Positions 17,869 to 29,008 of a DNA stretch of 64,000 bases are shown one piece after another. The notes beneath the pieces are model-generated. The model did not search any database. It was not told the DNA's origin and saw only the letters and a program-made list of their open reading frames with translations. The position numbers and the translations under genes are program-made. The stretch covers positions 416,001-480,000 of the forward strand of contig OZ241865.1 of assembly GCA_965203275.1 (NCBI GenBank), read 5' to 3'. The first letter of the stretch is position 1. Every line of letters begins with the position of its first letter. The stretch comes from Bdellovibrionales bacterium. GTDB lineage: Bacteria > Bdellovibrionota > Bdellovibrionia > Bdellovibrionales > JAUICD01.

Positions 17869-20800
17869 ATGAATATAATAAAATTAAAATCTCTTTATTA
17901 TCTAAATCTCATTGTTTTATCTTGCATATTCATCTCTTGCGGAAGTGATAAAAATAACAATAATAATAACTTTAATAATAATCTAGAGGTTAATGTAACT
18001 AGTTTAGTGAATATGACTAAAGCTGTTAGGAATAAAGAATGGAGTTGGGGATGTGAGGAGTACAATAAAACAGATAAAAAAAGAAAATCCGTTGATTGCA
18101 CCTATCGTCACGAGATCAACAAAAAGAACTCTCATAAATTTGCAAGCAGTGTGAAGTATAACGATACAAAGAAAGCAACTCAAAAAGGTGCATCTGGAGA
18201 TGATGGTACAAAATATTATATCCATGTTCAGGCAAAATCTAAAAGCAATATAGTATCAAAAGTCAAAAGTGTTTATGCTCTATTAGATACAACTCCTCCA
18301 AAGGCTCCGCAATCTTCTAATGTAAAAGCTCCTATTAATAATAGTAGCGGAAAAACTTTTAAGGTGACTGTGAATAACCTTAAGAAGGGAGACACAGTGA
18401 CTATTTATGTAGAAGGTGGTAGTAGCTCTTCAAACTTTTTAGGGTTACGTTTTTTAGCTTCTCTTTTTAGTCGTAGGAATACAGAAGGAGGGAATTGCAG
18501 AGACGGTAATGCAGTAGGCAAAGCGACGGTATCTAGTGGCACTTCTGTGACAGTGGATGTCACAGCAAAGGAAGGAACAAATAGCTACTATGCTCAGATA
18601 GTGGATGAGGCAGGCAATAGAAGTCCATGTAGTGAGGTCTTTGACCATACAAATACCGGCGGAATTTTAGAGGTGACAAAGATTGCAACAGATAAAAATC
18701 CTCGCAGGTTTAAAAGCTGGGAGTGGAGTTGTAGTACAGAGAGTACGCTTCCTTGTGAATATCGTCATGTTTTAAATCAAAAAATCAGTCATACATTTGA
18801 TAGCAAGGCCACTTACTCTGCTAATAACAGAGCTAATACAAGTGGCAAAGCTGATGGGCGATGGTTTTTACATGTTCAAGCTAAAAATTCGAAGAGAGAA
18901 TCAAATATCAAATCTGTGTTTGTGAGGATTGATAAAACAAAGCCTGAAACTCCAAATACTGATTCAGTTAAAGTCACCCTTCTCAATCGTCAGACACATT
19001 CTTTGAGAGTGACTTTTAGAGATCTCATGCAAGGAGATCGCGTTTTTCTTTATAATGTATCAAATTGCCAGAGTAGCTCTTTGGGAACGACCACAGTAGG
19101 AGATAATAATGAGGGTGTGGTTACCCTGACAGCAACTGGCAGTCGCCAGAATTACTATGCTCGTGTCATAGATGAGGCGGGTAATAGGAGTGGATGTGGG
19201 CAGGTCTTTACATATCCAGAAAATGTGTTACCGCTATTGCCTACAGTGACAGGTCTAGAAAGTGATCAGACTCTTAGAAGAGTGAAAAGCTGGCAGTGGG
19301 GTTGCACTACAGAATCCACACATCCTTGTGAGTACCGTCATATAATTAATCAAAAAACCACCCATACATTTGCTAGCAGTGTGGCTTATACTATAACTGA
19401 TAGAGCAAATACAAGAGGGCAAGAAACCGATGGTACATATTATTTACATGTTCAAGCTAAGAATGTAGCTGGTCCTTCTGAGGTCAAATCGGTCAGTGCG
19501 AAGATAAAGAAAACACCTCCAACCCTAGATAAGGACGAGAACTTAGAAGAGCCTGTCCCTGTTGTCAACAATAGGGCTACTAGGTCATTGAGTGTGAATT
19601 TTGAGGAGTTAATGGAAGGAGATAGGGTTCGCATTTATACAGATAGTCAGTGTTCATCTTCTATAGGTTCAGAGGGGACAGTGGATTCAGATGGAACAGT
19701 TACGATCGACATCACAGCAAAAGCAAATCGCACTACTTACTATGGAAAAGTGACAGATAGGGCAGGCAATAGGAGCGGATGTACTCAGCTATTTACATAT
19801 CCTCCTGAAATTCTTGCTCCGCGTTTAGAGCTAGATGATACTCCTCTTGCCAATCCTTCTAATAACTACTTACATGATAGACCTACATTCAAAGTAAGTA
19901 ATGTAGAAGCTGGAGATACAGTGCTTCTTTATAAGCTTGAAGGTGAGACTGAATGTACTGGCACAGAATGTTGCAATAAAAATACAAGCGGGATAGACCT
20001 AGTGGCAAGTGCTGTATATCCAAGTACTGGTGGTGCAGATTTTACAATTCAGGTCGGTGATCAAATAAATAGTAACCCTCTCGATGAAAGTGAACTGGAA
20101 TATCCTGATAATTTTGTCATAGAACCAGAGGAGTTTACTTTTTATGTTGAAAGAAAATACACAGATGAAGATGGTGAGGAAGTTTCAAAATGTAGCAAGG
20201 AAAATAATGAAGGTGAATCTACTGAACAACAAAATAAAAAATCCGTAGCCTATAACCTCTGGCCTTGGCAACCTATCCATGTAGGAGGAGGTACTGGAGG
20301 TGATCCTTTAGGTTGTCTTTTATCAAAAGAGGGTGAAGTGAGTTGTTGGTGGTATGGTACTATCTTTAACGGATTAGAAAAGCACAAAAACCAATGTTTG
20401 CCTTCTGGAGGTCGGATTGATAACAATGACAATTCTGATAGCTATCCAAATACAGCAGATAAGCTTATGGCCATCTTTAATCCCAATCAATTAGAGAAGA
20501 AAATTGATTTGGGGTGCAGAAGTGGTAGTGGTTCAGATTGTCCAAAATATAAAGCCATTGCTTTAAGTGCAGGAGGACAAAGTTTTTGGGCAGCCTTTGG
20601 TACTGGTGTTCCTTCAGGACTAGGACATATTTGTGTACTTTTAGATGATCAAAAAGTCAAATGTTGGGGGCGTAACAATCATGGCCAATTAGGGCAAGAT
20701 GATGAGCTTGACAAAAATGATCCTGCTGAACTTAATCCAATTAATTTAGGGACAAACTTAAGGGCCAAAGCTATTTCAGCAGGTGGACTGCATACCTGTG

Positions 20801-21813
20801 TACTTTTAGATGACTTTGATGATGATAATGCTGATGATAATAAAATAAAATGCTGGGGAAATAATCAACACGGGCAATTAGGGCAGGATAATACAACTAG
20901 CAGTGATAATCCTGCTGATATTGATCCGGTTGTTTTAGGGACAGACTTAAGAGCAAAAGCTATTTCAGCAGGTGCAGCTCATACCTGTGCAATTTTAGAT
21001 GATACCTCTGGTACAACAGATGATGATAAATTCAAATGTTGGGGATATAATGGTTCTAACCAAATAAATGCAGATAGGCTAGAAGCAGGAGTTAGTCCAA
21101 GTCAAAAATGTAGTTATGGTAATGGTAAGGGTTATAAATCTGGTGATAATAATAATGATGATAGTGATGCAGACACACATGTTGAGTGTGATAATTCAAA
21201 TGGTGTTGGGGCTACAGTTGCTTCTATACTACCAATGGATGGTGGGAAGAAAGCTAAAGCTATACTTGCTGGAGCTTATGATACTTGTATTATCATTAAA
21301 GGTGGTGATGATGATGGTAAATTAAGATGTCAGGGTAGACATTTATTTTATTTGGGAAGATCTCTGGCTGATACAGGAACTGGTGAAGTAAATGAAGGCA
21401 TAACGGTCAGTTCCACAGGTACTGCTCCTAATATTTATTTAAATACTATAACATTTGCAGGAGACAGAAAGCCTACTGCCTTCACACTAGGTGAAGCTGT
21501 AGGTTGCGGGTTATTAGATAATGGCACTGTCAACTGCTTTGGTGCGAAAGAAACAACGGGAGGAGGTTTTCATCCAGATAGGAATCTTTTAGATGATTTA
21601 TCAGGGGATCGCTTAGGTAGCGGTAAAAAAGTAAAATATTTAGCCACAGCTAATACAGCACACTGTGCTTATGTAGAAGATTCTAATGCAAATGCAGAAA
21701 TTAAATGTTGGGGAAGACAGGGTTCCACCTTCCAATCTCCAACAGCCGAGAATAACAGGATTGCTCCACAGATTTGCCCTCTTGAGGCTCCCACTCCTTC
21801 TCCCACTCCATAA
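17869..21813 (+). CDS. large surface lipoprotein with Ig-like repeats and RCC1/BLIP-II-like repeats
   Basis: Lipobox FISC; 3 x (WxWxC...CxYRH) modules alternating with DxAGNRSxC modules; C-terminal KCWGxNxHGQLG and AISAGxxHTC repeats. Confidence 0.85.
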   Translation: MNIIKLKSLYYLNLIVLSCIFISCGSDKNNNNNNFNNNLEVNVTSLVNMTKAVRNKEWSWGCEEYNKTDKKRKSVDCTYRHEINKKNSHKFASSVKYNDTKKATQKGASGDDGTKYYIHVQAKSKSNIVSKVKSVYALLDTTPPKAPQSSNVKAPINNSSGKTFKVTVNNLKKGDTVTIYVEGGSSSSNFLGLRFLASLFSRRNTEGGNCRDGNAVGKATVSSGTSVTVDVTAKEGTNSYYAQIVDEAGNRSPCSEVFDHTNTGGILEVTKIATDKNPRRFKSWEWSCSTESTLPCEYRHVLNQKISHTFDSKATYSANNRANTSGKADGRWFLHVQAKNSKRESNIKSVFVRIDKTKPETPNTDSVKVTLLNRQTHSLRVTFRDLMQGDRVFLYNVSNCQSSSLGTTTVGDNNEGVVTLTATGSRQNYYARVIDEAGNRSGCGQVFTYPENVLPLLPTVTGLESDQTLRRVKSWQWGCTTESTHPCEYRHIINQKTTHTFASSVAYTITDRANTRGQETDGTYYLHVQAKNVAGPSEVKSVSAKIKKTPPTLDKDENLEEPVPVVNNRATRSLSVNFEELMEGDRVRIYTDSQCSSSIGSEGTVDSDGTVTIDITAKANRTTYYGKVTDRAGNRSGCTQLFTYPPEILAPRLELDDTPLANPSNNYLHDRPTFKVSNVEAGDTVLLYKLEGETECTGTECCNKNTSGIDLVASAVYPSTGGADFTIQVGDQINSNPLDESELEYPDNFVIEPEEFTFYVERKYTDEDGEEVSKCSKENNEGESTEQQNKKSVAYNLWPWQPIHVGGGTGGDPLGCLLSKEGEVSCWWYGTIFNGLEKHKNQCLPSGGRIDNNDNSDSYPNTADKLMAIFNPNQLEKKIDLGCRSGSGSDCPKYKAIALSAGGQSFWAAFGTGVPSGLGHICVLLDDQKVKCWGRNNHGQLGQDDELDKNDPAELNPINLGTNLRAKAISAGGLHTCVLLDDFDDDNADDNKIKCWGNNQHGQLGQDNTTSSDNPADIDPVVLGTDLRAKAISAGAAHTCAILDDTSGTTDDDKFKCWGYNGSNQINADRLEAGVSPSQKCSYGNGKGYKSGDNNNDDSDADTHVECDNSNGVGATVASILPMDGGKKAKAILAGAYDTCIIIKGGDDDGKLRCQGRHLFYLGRSLADTGTGEVNEGITVSSTGTAPNIYLNTITFAGDRKPTAFTLGEAVGCGLLDNGTVNCFGAKETTGGGFHPDRNLLDDLSGDRLGSGKKVKYLATANTAHCAYVEDSNANAEIKCWGRQGSTFQSPTAENNRIAPQICPLEAPTPSPTP

Positions 21814-21920
21814 AAAATAAAAAATAAACCTTTACTTTTGTTCTTAAATTTTCATTAATATTTCAAATAAACTGTTACGTTTTTAGTTTATCTACAACAG
21901 TAGAATTTTATTATATAAAG

Positions 21921-22292
21921 TTATCTTCCTTTACTTTGTAGTTCAAACAATTTATCTAGCCTATCATTAATTTTATCCAGCCGATGATTGACCTGCTCTG
22001 CTAATTTATCAACCTTTTGATCCAGTGCTTTGAGATCACTTTTTACTTCTTTGATCTGCTCAGTAAACTTTTGATCCAGTGCTTTGAGATCACTTTTTAC
22101 TTCTTTGATTTGCTCAGTAAACTTTTGATCCAGTTCTTTATACTGACTTGGAATATGATTAGTGACTTGGTTTTCTATATGCTTTAGCCTTGTATAAATA
22201 GGCACTAGCAAAAGACGCAATATAATTATCAAACTGGCAAAACCACCTAACAAACTAGCAACTAAGACAAGGTATTCTGTAAAATTTCCCAT
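21921..22292 (-). CDS. membrane-anchored coiled-coil protein, paralog 3
   Basis: AGGAGG RBS; TM helix followed by KALDQKFTEQIKEVKSDL repeats. Confidence 0.85.
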   Translation of the reverse strand: MGNFTEYLVLVASLLGGFASLIIILRLLLVPIYTRLKHIENQVTNHIPSQYKELDQKFTEQIKEVKSDLKALDQKFTEQIKEVKSDLKALDQKVDKLAEQVNHRLDKINDRLDKLFELQSKGR

Positions 22293-22310
22293 GATGCCTC
22301 CTTTATTTTT

Positions 22311-22670
22311 TTAGTTTCGTTCTTGAATTTTCATTAATACTTCAAATATTGTATCAAGCCGATGATTAAGCTGTTCTGCTAATTTATCCACCTTTTGATC
22401 AAGTGCCTTGAGATCACTTTTTACTTCCTTGATTTGCTCAGTAAACTTTTGATCCAGTGCCTTGAGATCACTTTTTACTTCTTTAATTTGCTCAGTAAAC
22501 TTTAGGTCCAGTTCTTTATACTGACTTGGAATATGATTAGTGACCTGGTCTTCTATATGCTTTAACCTGGTATAAATAGGCACTAGCAAAAGACGCAGTA
22601 TAATAATCAAACTGGCAAAACCACCTAACAAACTCACAGCTAAAACAAGGTATTCTGTAAAATTTCCCAT
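22311..22670 (-). CDS. membrane-anchored coiled-coil protein, paralog 2
   Basis: Near-identical to neighbours, same RBS spacer. Confidence 0.85.
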   Translation of the reverse strand: MGNFTEYLVLAVSLLGGFASLIIILRLLLVPIYTRLKHIEDQVTNHIPSQYKELDLKFTEQIKEVKSDLKALDQKFTEQIKEVKSDLKALDQKVDKLAEQLNHRLDTIFEVLMKIQERN

Positions 22671-22688
22671 GATGCCTCCTTTATTTTT

Positions 22689-23081
22689 TTAGTTTCGTTC
22701 TTGAATTTTCATTAATACTTCAAATATTGTATCAAGCCGATGATTAAGCTGTTCTGCTAATTTATCCACCTTTTGATCCAATGCCTTGAGATCACTTTTT
22801 ACTTCCTTGATTTGCTCAGTAAACTTTTGATCCAGTGCTTTGAGATCACTTTTTACTTCCTTGATTTGCTCAGTAAACTTTTGATCCAGTGCTTTAATTT
22901 GCTCAGTAAACTTTAGATCTAGTTCTTTATACTGACTTGGAATATGATTAGTGACCTGGTCTTCTATATGCTTTAGCCTTGTATAAATAGGCCCTAGCAA
23001 AAGACGCAGTATAATAATCAAACTGGCAAAACCACCTAACAAACTCACAACTAAAACAAGGTATTCTGTAAAATTTCCCAT
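22689..23081 (-). CDS. membrane-anchored coiled-coil protein, paralog 1
   Basis: Near-identical to neighbours with one extra 11-aa repeat. Confidence 0.85.
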   Translation of the reverse strand: MGNFTEYLVLVVSLLGGFASLIIILRLLLGPIYTRLKHIEDQVTNHIPSQYKELDLKFTEQIKALDQKFTEQIKEVKSDLKALDQKFTEQIKEVKSDLKALDQKVDKLAEQLNHRLDTIFEVLMKIQERN

Positions 23082-23200
23082 GATGCCTCCTTTATTTTTT
23101 TAGTTTCGTTCTTGAATTTTCAACATTTCAATTATTTATTTTTTAGTATTAAAATATGATGCTGATAATAGTATATCTTAATTACTCACTCCTTGCAAGT

Positions 23201-23665
23201 GTTTCACTAAAAGTGCTTGGCTCACTAAAAGTAAACGGATTTTTGAGGCAATCAGCCTTTGATCGACGGCGAGAGCCAAAAGGTGTAAGAAAAAACTTTT
23301 TCCTTAACATGGTGTTTATCCGGGATCTGGGATCTGGGATCCGGCATCCGGCAGACAGGCAAGAATGAAGCGAATATCTTGTTTCCCTAACATGGAGTTA
23401 AGAGACGAGAGGATCCTCCTTACTCAAAGTGAACAGGCTTTCTAGGTTGCCAGCCTTGATGAAGGAACTTTTTCCTTAACATGGTGTTAAAAAACGAAGA
23501 TATCCTCTTTACTAAAAATAAACGGATTTTTGAGGCATTGCTCTTTTTAGACAGCGTAAGCTGTCAGAGCAATGCCCAAAAACAGCCAGAGGCTGGTTTA
23601 TTTTGAGTGAAATATTAAGAAAAAAAAGTTTCATCCACAGACCGTTTGCTCTTAAGGCAATAAAA
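23201..23665. repeat. structured element cluster 3 with heptamer tract
   Basis: Full copy 23472-23612 (GGCATTGCTC/GAGCAATGCC stem, GACAGC GTAA GCTGTC hairpin); GGGATCT tract near 23319-23352. Confidence 0.85.
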
Positions 23666-23689
23666 ATAATCCTTATCAAAGTGACAAAG

Positions 23690-24637
23690 CTAATAAAAAA
23701 TAGTCAATAAGTAGATGAAATATAAAGCAAGTAAGAAAATACCCAATATACGAACAAATGCTTTTATATAAATAGATAAAATCAACAAGCCCAATGTGAT
23801 TCCAAACAACCAGAAATAATCATATTTCATAATATCTCTTGTGACTGTCAAAGGCATACACAAAGAGGCCGCTCCTGTGATGAGGAGAGTATTCATAATA
23901 TTTGAGCCAATCACATTAGATATGGATATGTCATGTCTTTTTCTTAAAGCTGCTACAAGGGAAGCAGCTAATTCTGGTAACCCCGTCCCCACAGAGACAA
24001 TTGTCAAACCTATAAGCCTCTCTGTCATACCCATAGCCCTTCCTATATGCACAGCACCTAATAAAACCAAATGAGCTCCTGCTAATAAACCACCAATACT
24101 TAATATGAGAAACATCCAATCTTTAAAGCTTGCCGTGGAAGGCTTTCTCTTTGTTTGGCATAAAGTATCTTGTGAGCTATCCCCTCTTACATGATTGATC
24201 ACAACAGAATATAAAAATATAGCAAATAATATCAAAAACAAAAGGCCATCCCATCTTGTTAAAAACAAGTCCTGCCCTAAAATCCACAAAAGACAAGTAG
24301 CGAGTATCAAAAAAAACCATTCTTTTTTCACAGATACAAATGTGTTTTGTAAAGGTTTTAAACAACAAGCAAATCCAATCACAACCAAGAGGTTAAAAAT
24401 ATTTGAACCTATGATATTGCCAAGTGAAATATCAGGAACACCTTTAAAAGAAGCTATAAGTGAAGTGACTAATTCAGGTAACGATGTGCCAAGTGCTACA
24501 AGAGTCACTGTGATTAAAGCAGCAGGAATGCCTGTTTTTTCTGCAATAGTGATGATAGTTTTTAAAAGAAAATCAGCAGACAATAACAATAGCCCTAAAC
24601 CTAATACTAGCTGTAGGAAGGCAATCACCATATCCAT
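23690..24637 (-). CDS. calcium/sodium antiporter (YrbG family)
   Basis: Two alpha-repeats GTSLPEL / GTGLPEL and GNIIGSNIFN / SNVIGSNIMN. Confidence 0.93.
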   Translation of the reverse strand: MDMVIAFLQLVLGLGLLLLSADFLLKTIITIAEKTGIPAALITVTLVALGTSLPELVTSLIASFKGVPDISLGNIIGSNIFNLLVVIGFACCLKPLQNTFVSVKKEWFFLILATCLLWILGQDLFLTRWDGLLFLILFAIFLYSVVINHVRGDSSQDTLCQTKRKPSTASFKDWMFLILSIGGLLAGAHLVLLGAVHIGRAMGMTERLIGLTIVSVGTGLPELAASLVAALRKRHDISISNVIGSNIMNTLLITGAASLCMPLTVTRDIMKYDYFWLFGITLGLLILSIYIKAFVRILGIFLLALYFIYLLTIFY

Positions 24638-24831
24638 TTTGAATCCTTAAGTTTAGGTCTAAAGATGAGCATTTTTCAAAGACTTTTTGATAATATCGTG
24701 TTGATTCTTAGGTTGCAACTATAACTTAATTTTTATTTCAATGGACAATTGTCTTGATATTATAATGCTTATCATGCTTATCAATAAAAATTATTATTGA
24801 AAACAACAATTTTACAATATATAATAAAAGT

Positions 24832-25284
24832 ATGTTGAGATATAAGATTTCAGGAATTATTGTCATTTGTTTTTGTATAGGGTGTTTGCCAAAGGCCTCA
24901 GATCAGTTAGAAAGAGGTCCTGTTTCAATACAGCAACTCAAAAAGCAAAGAGGAAATCCTCAAAGTATCCAACAAACAGCCTCAGGACAAACTGTCCATC
25001 AATATCGTTCAGGAGAAAATTTTCAAGTTGATCAAGAAGGTCAAGTCACCTATACCTATCGCAATCCTACACAAGAAGAGCAATCATTGCAATATTGGCT
25101 GACCCGTTGGAGAGAGCAAACATATCATTTCACTGCCATAAAAGAAAATAAAACTCACCTTCCTGAAAGTCTTTACTATATTAATTTAGATAACAATGAA
25201 CGATTTGTTTATGATCAAGCTATGGACAAAGTGGTGCGAGTTATTTTTGAGCTTGAAACAGAAAGAGACCCTACTATTCACTAA
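24832..25284 (+). CDS. hypothetical lipoprotein
   Basis: Lipobox-like CIGC; stop codon lies inside the element end TTCACTAAAAG. Confidence 0.7.
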   Translation: MLRYKISGIIVICFCIGCLPKASDQLERGPVSIQQLKKQRGNPQSIQQTASGQTVHQYRSGENFQVDQEGQVTYTYRNPTQEEQSLQYWLTRWREQTYHFTAIKENKTHLPESLYYINLDNNERFVYDQAMDKVVRVIFELETERDPTIH

Positions 25285-25935
25285 AAGTGGTCTATTTCAC
25301 TCAAAGTGAACTGACCTCTGGTCACTTTCTGGCGATGACCACGACGGCTTTCGCCGTCGATAAAATGGTCATCACCTAGAAAGCCTGACCACTTTTAGTA
25401 GGGAGGAACCCTTCGTTTTTTTACTCCATGTTAAGGAGTTGTTTCACTCAAAGTGAACTGGCCTCTGGCCACTTTTGGACAATGACCGCAACGGCTTTCG
25501 CCGTTGACAAAATGGTCATTGTCTCAAAAGTCCGTTTACTTTTAGTAGGAAGGATCTCCTCGTTTTTTTACTCCATGTTAAGGAAACAAGATTTCGTTTT
25601 TTTGTTTTTTTTATTTTTTTAGATTCTGCGTAACTCTCAAAAAAAAGTAATTAAGAGGAGGATGGGGGCAGAGGGATACTGGAGATCTTCCGCAGACCCG
25701 CTTGCTTCTTAAAAGCATTTTAGAAGCATATCTTGTTTCCTTAACATGGTGTAAAAGAATAAAAGGATCCTTCTCTACTCAAAATGAGCGGATTTTTTAG
25801 GTGTTGCCTATTTTGTCAAAGGCGAAAGCCTTTGCAGGCAACACCAAAAAACACACCAGCAGTGTGGCTCATTTTGAGTGAAATGTTAAGGAAAAAGTTC
25901 TTTCTGATGGCGGGTTGCCGGATCCCAGATCCCGG
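25277..25935. repeat. structured element cluster 4
   Basis: Two reverse-orientation copies, a ~170-bp linker, a forward copy at 25737-25883 and a heptamer tract. Confidence 0.88.
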
Positions 25936-25942
25936 AAAGGTG

Positions 25943-26019
25943 TGGTGACCATGGCAGGATTCGAACCTGCGACACCAAGTTTAGGAAACTTGTGCTCTAT
26001 CCAACTGAGCTACATGGCC
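25943..26019 (-). tRNA. tRNA-Arg(CCT)
   Basis: GGCCATGTAGCTCAGTTGGATAGAGCACAAGTTTCCTAAACTTGGTGTCGCAGGTTCGAATCCTGCCATGGTCACCA; anticodon CCT, CCA encoded. Confidence 0.96.
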
Positions 26020-26157
26020 TATTTCCTTTTGTTGCCGGGTTGCCAGATCCCAGATCCCAGATCCCAGAAGAAAGACCCTATCATCCTTTAACATCATGTT
26101 AAAAAAAGAAACCCTTATATTGTAAACATCAAAGTCAAACCAATACATTCCAATACA

Positions 26158-28998
26158 TTAAAAGGCACCAATAGAAAAATGCAATCGACCTAAGCTCTCT
26201 TCGCTCCTCTTTCTTAACTTAAAGCCATATTCAATACTTACAGGACCCACAGGTGTTGCAATACGTATCCCTAAACCTACAGCATCTCTATATTCATCCT
26301 CTTGATGCCTTTGATCAATATTCACTCCACCTCCATCATAAAACAAAACACCCCCTAATGCTTTGAAAATAGCAAACCGTAATTCTGACTTTAAAAGATA
26401 AAAATAACTATAAGTAGGAATAGTTAAAGACATACTTTCATCCTCTAAAAGTCCTGATCTGTTAGGAATAGAATTCAACTCATAACCTCTCAGCGTCGAT
26501 TGACCCCCTAAAAAAAAAACTCTTGATTCTGGAATCAATGAACGAGATCTATTTAAATTAGTAATATAACCACCCTGCATAGAGCTAGCTAAAATAATTT
26601 TAGACAGTAAGGGCGTATAAATATTAAACCCTCCTGAAAATCTCAGATAACGAATGGACTTGGTAGAACCTAACAAAGGATCTGCAAAATCTAAATTAAA
26701 TTGAGAATAAATCCCCTTTGTTGTATTAAAAGGATCATTCCTATAATCAAACTCAATACCTGGTCCAGTAGAGCCGATACTTTGACGTTCAATTTCATCA
26801 TTGGAGCGACCATAAAACCTCTTTTCTATCTCTAACTTCCATAAAGTGTAATTTAAAGTGACCTGCCTATTCACCTCGCGTTCTAAAAGCAAATCCAGAG
26901 CTGTAGAATCTTCAATCAATATATCATCACTACGCTGGAATAATGATTCTAAATCTCTTGAATGTACTAAATTAATTCGACCTCTTGTTCTGGAGCTAAA
27001 AATAAATGGTTCATAATAACTCATACCAACTGTATAGCCTAAAAAATTAACATCATTAGCATATCTTAATTCTAAACGTGTATTGATTCCGCGGGCTGTC
27101 CCCCATAAGTTACGATAACCTAAACCAACACTTCCTCGAAAAGTTAAATCAAATTCATTGTTAGCACCTAACAAGAATCTTAAAATGCCTGGATTTCTCT
27201 CTGTAACACGCACCAAAACAGTATGTTGAGATACTTCTGGTAAAGAAATATCTACATTAGAAAATAATCCTGTTTGTTGCAGGCGATATTGACTTTCTTT
27301 GATCAAATCCCATGTTAAAATAGATCCTGGTTGAAATGCTAACTCCTTTAAAATCACATCAGAGTTTGTCTTTTCATTACCCTGAACTAAAATATTTTGG
27401 ACCTTCACCTCAGGTCCTTCATTCAAATCAAAGTGAATATCTGCTAATGTGTTATTATTATTATAAGTAATAATTTCATCAGGATTGCTTATTTTGAAAT
27501 GTAAAAACCCCTTTTGAAAATAATATTCTTTAAGTGTTTCAAATCCATTTTCTAAAAGGGAAAGATTTAAAGGCTCACCTAGATTGAGCTTTAATAGCTC
27601 GAGCAGATCTTCATCTGTAGCATGCTGATTGCCTGTAAAATGAACACTCTTAATTTTTGTTAAAAAACCTTCATTGATAACAATACGTAAACTAACAGTT
27701 TTGTTTTTAGGATGAAAGGTTTCTATTAAGGATTGCATTCTTGCTCTTAAATAACCTTGATTTTGTAATGTACTAATAAGCATGTCTATATCCTTAAGTA
27801 TCTGATCTTTTACGTAGGGTTCTGATAATCTTGTAAAATAAGACCGGTGAGATCTTAAGAGCTTTAGATAATAGGCATTTCTTTCTTTATTCAAACTCAT
27901 TATTTCTATTGCTTTAACATAAAATCTATATCCTGGTTGGATATCAAAGAAAATACGATGCTCAAAATTTTCAGACAAGATATTTTCTGAAACAGATACT
28001 TTCACCTTAGAATATCCCTGACTTTTATAAAAATCTCTCACTCTTTGAGATAAAACTGTCGTTGAAGTCAGACCATCTACTTCATTTAAAAGGAGTGCCT
28101 TCATAACATCCTGAGAAGTCGGAGGTGGCTTTTTATAAGGTAGAGATGGGATAAATTCCTCATTAGAAATATTTAAATGAATAGAAAAGTAATAAGGATC
28201 CTTGACTATGTAAACAATATCTACTGTTTTTTTGTCGTCACTAAGATGTAAGTCATATTCTAAAAAAGTAGCCCTTAAATAACCTTTTTGAAATAAAAAT
28301 TGTTGTAATTTATTTGTCACTTCTTGTAAATATTCCTTTGTATATTTTTTACCTACAAAGGACCTCACTCTTTTTAAAAGCAATTCTTTTATTTTTTGAT
28401 GAGGTGTTACAAAATCAATAGAATTTATTTGACAAGGAAGACCTTCTTCAATGTTCATTTTTACCAGAACACTTTGCTCTTGAGTATCCTCAAAATTAAG
28501 ATCTATTTTCACATCCAAATAACCTATTTCTCGATACTGCTCTTTGATTTTTTCCACATCATTGAGTAGTTCTTGATAGATGAAGACCTCGCCCTTATTC
28601 AATGAATTCATTATTTGGTTTTGAGATAACACATTATGGCCTGTGATCACAATATCGGCAATTTTTCTATTGGGTTGAGCTATAATTTTCCAATAAATCT
28701 TGTCATCTTTTTCTTCAGTGATCAACTCAACTGTTTCATAGCGTCCTAGTTTGAAAATTTCTTTGATAAGATAATTCGCTTGTGGCAAAGATAGAGAAGA
28801 TCTTAATAATCCTCTTTGCGAAAGCACTTGCCTATCTTCTGGAGTTAAACCTATGTAAGTTGCAGGCTCAGAAGTGACGTGATCAGCAAATAAAATCATA
28901 AAACAAAAAACCAAAATAGCTTTGTTATTTATAAATCCAATAGCTTTTTGATTGTATTGATGATGCAAATGTTTAAAGACTTTTCGTGTTAGATGCAT
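26158..28998 (-). CDS. BamA/TamA-family (Omp85) outer membrane protein with POTRA domains
   Basis: POTRA motifs (ITGH, FTGN, VQGNEKT), LGGQSTLRGY, GLGIRIATPVGP, C-terminal F; downstream of the TamB-like gene. Confidence 0.88.
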   Translation of the reverse strand: MHLTRKVFKHLHHQYNQKAIGFINNKAILVFCFMILFADHVTSEPATYIGLTPEDRQVLSQRGLLRSSLSLPQANYLIKEIFKLGRYETVELITEEKDDKIYWKIIAQPNRKIADIVITGHNVLSQNQIMNSLNKGEVFIYQELLNDVEKIKEQYREIGYLDVKIDLNFEDTQEQSVLVKMNIEEGLPCQINSIDFVTPHQKIKELLLKRVRSFVGKKYTKEYLQEVTNKLQQFLFQKGYLRATFLEYDLHLSDDKKTVDIVYIVKDPYYFSIHLNISNEEFIPSLPYKKPPPTSQDVMKALLLNEVDGLTSTTVLSQRVRDFYKSQGYSKVKVSVSENILSENFEHRIFFDIQPGYRFYVKAIEIMSLNKERNAYYLKLLRSHRSYFTRLSEPYVKDQILKDIDMLISTLQNQGYLRARMQSLIETFHPKNKTVSLRIVINEGFLTKIKSVHFTGNQHATDEDLLELLKLNLGEPLNLSLLENGFETLKEYYFQKGFLHFKISNPDEIITYNNNNTLADIHFDLNEGPEVKVQNILVQGNEKTNSDVILKELAFQPGSILTWDLIKESQYRLQQTGLFSNVDISLPEVSQHTVLVRVTERNPGILRFLLGANNEFDLTFRGSVGLGYRNLWGTARGINTRLELRYANDVNFLGYTVGMSYYEPFIFSSRTRGRINLVHSRDLESLFQRSDDILIEDSTALDLLLEREVNRQVTLNYTLWKLEIEKRFYGRSNDEIERQSIGSTGPGIEFDYRNDPFNTTKGIYSQFNLDFADPLLGSTKSIRYLRFSGGFNIYTPLLSKIILASSMQGGYITNLNRSRSLIPESRVFFLGGQSTLRGYELNSIPNRSGLLEDESMSLTIPTYSYFYLLKSELRFAIFKALGGVLFYDGGGVNIDQRHQEDEYRDAVGLGIRIATPVGPVSIEYGFKLRKRSEESLGRLHFSIGAF

Positions 28999-29008
28999 GG
29001 AGAGAACC

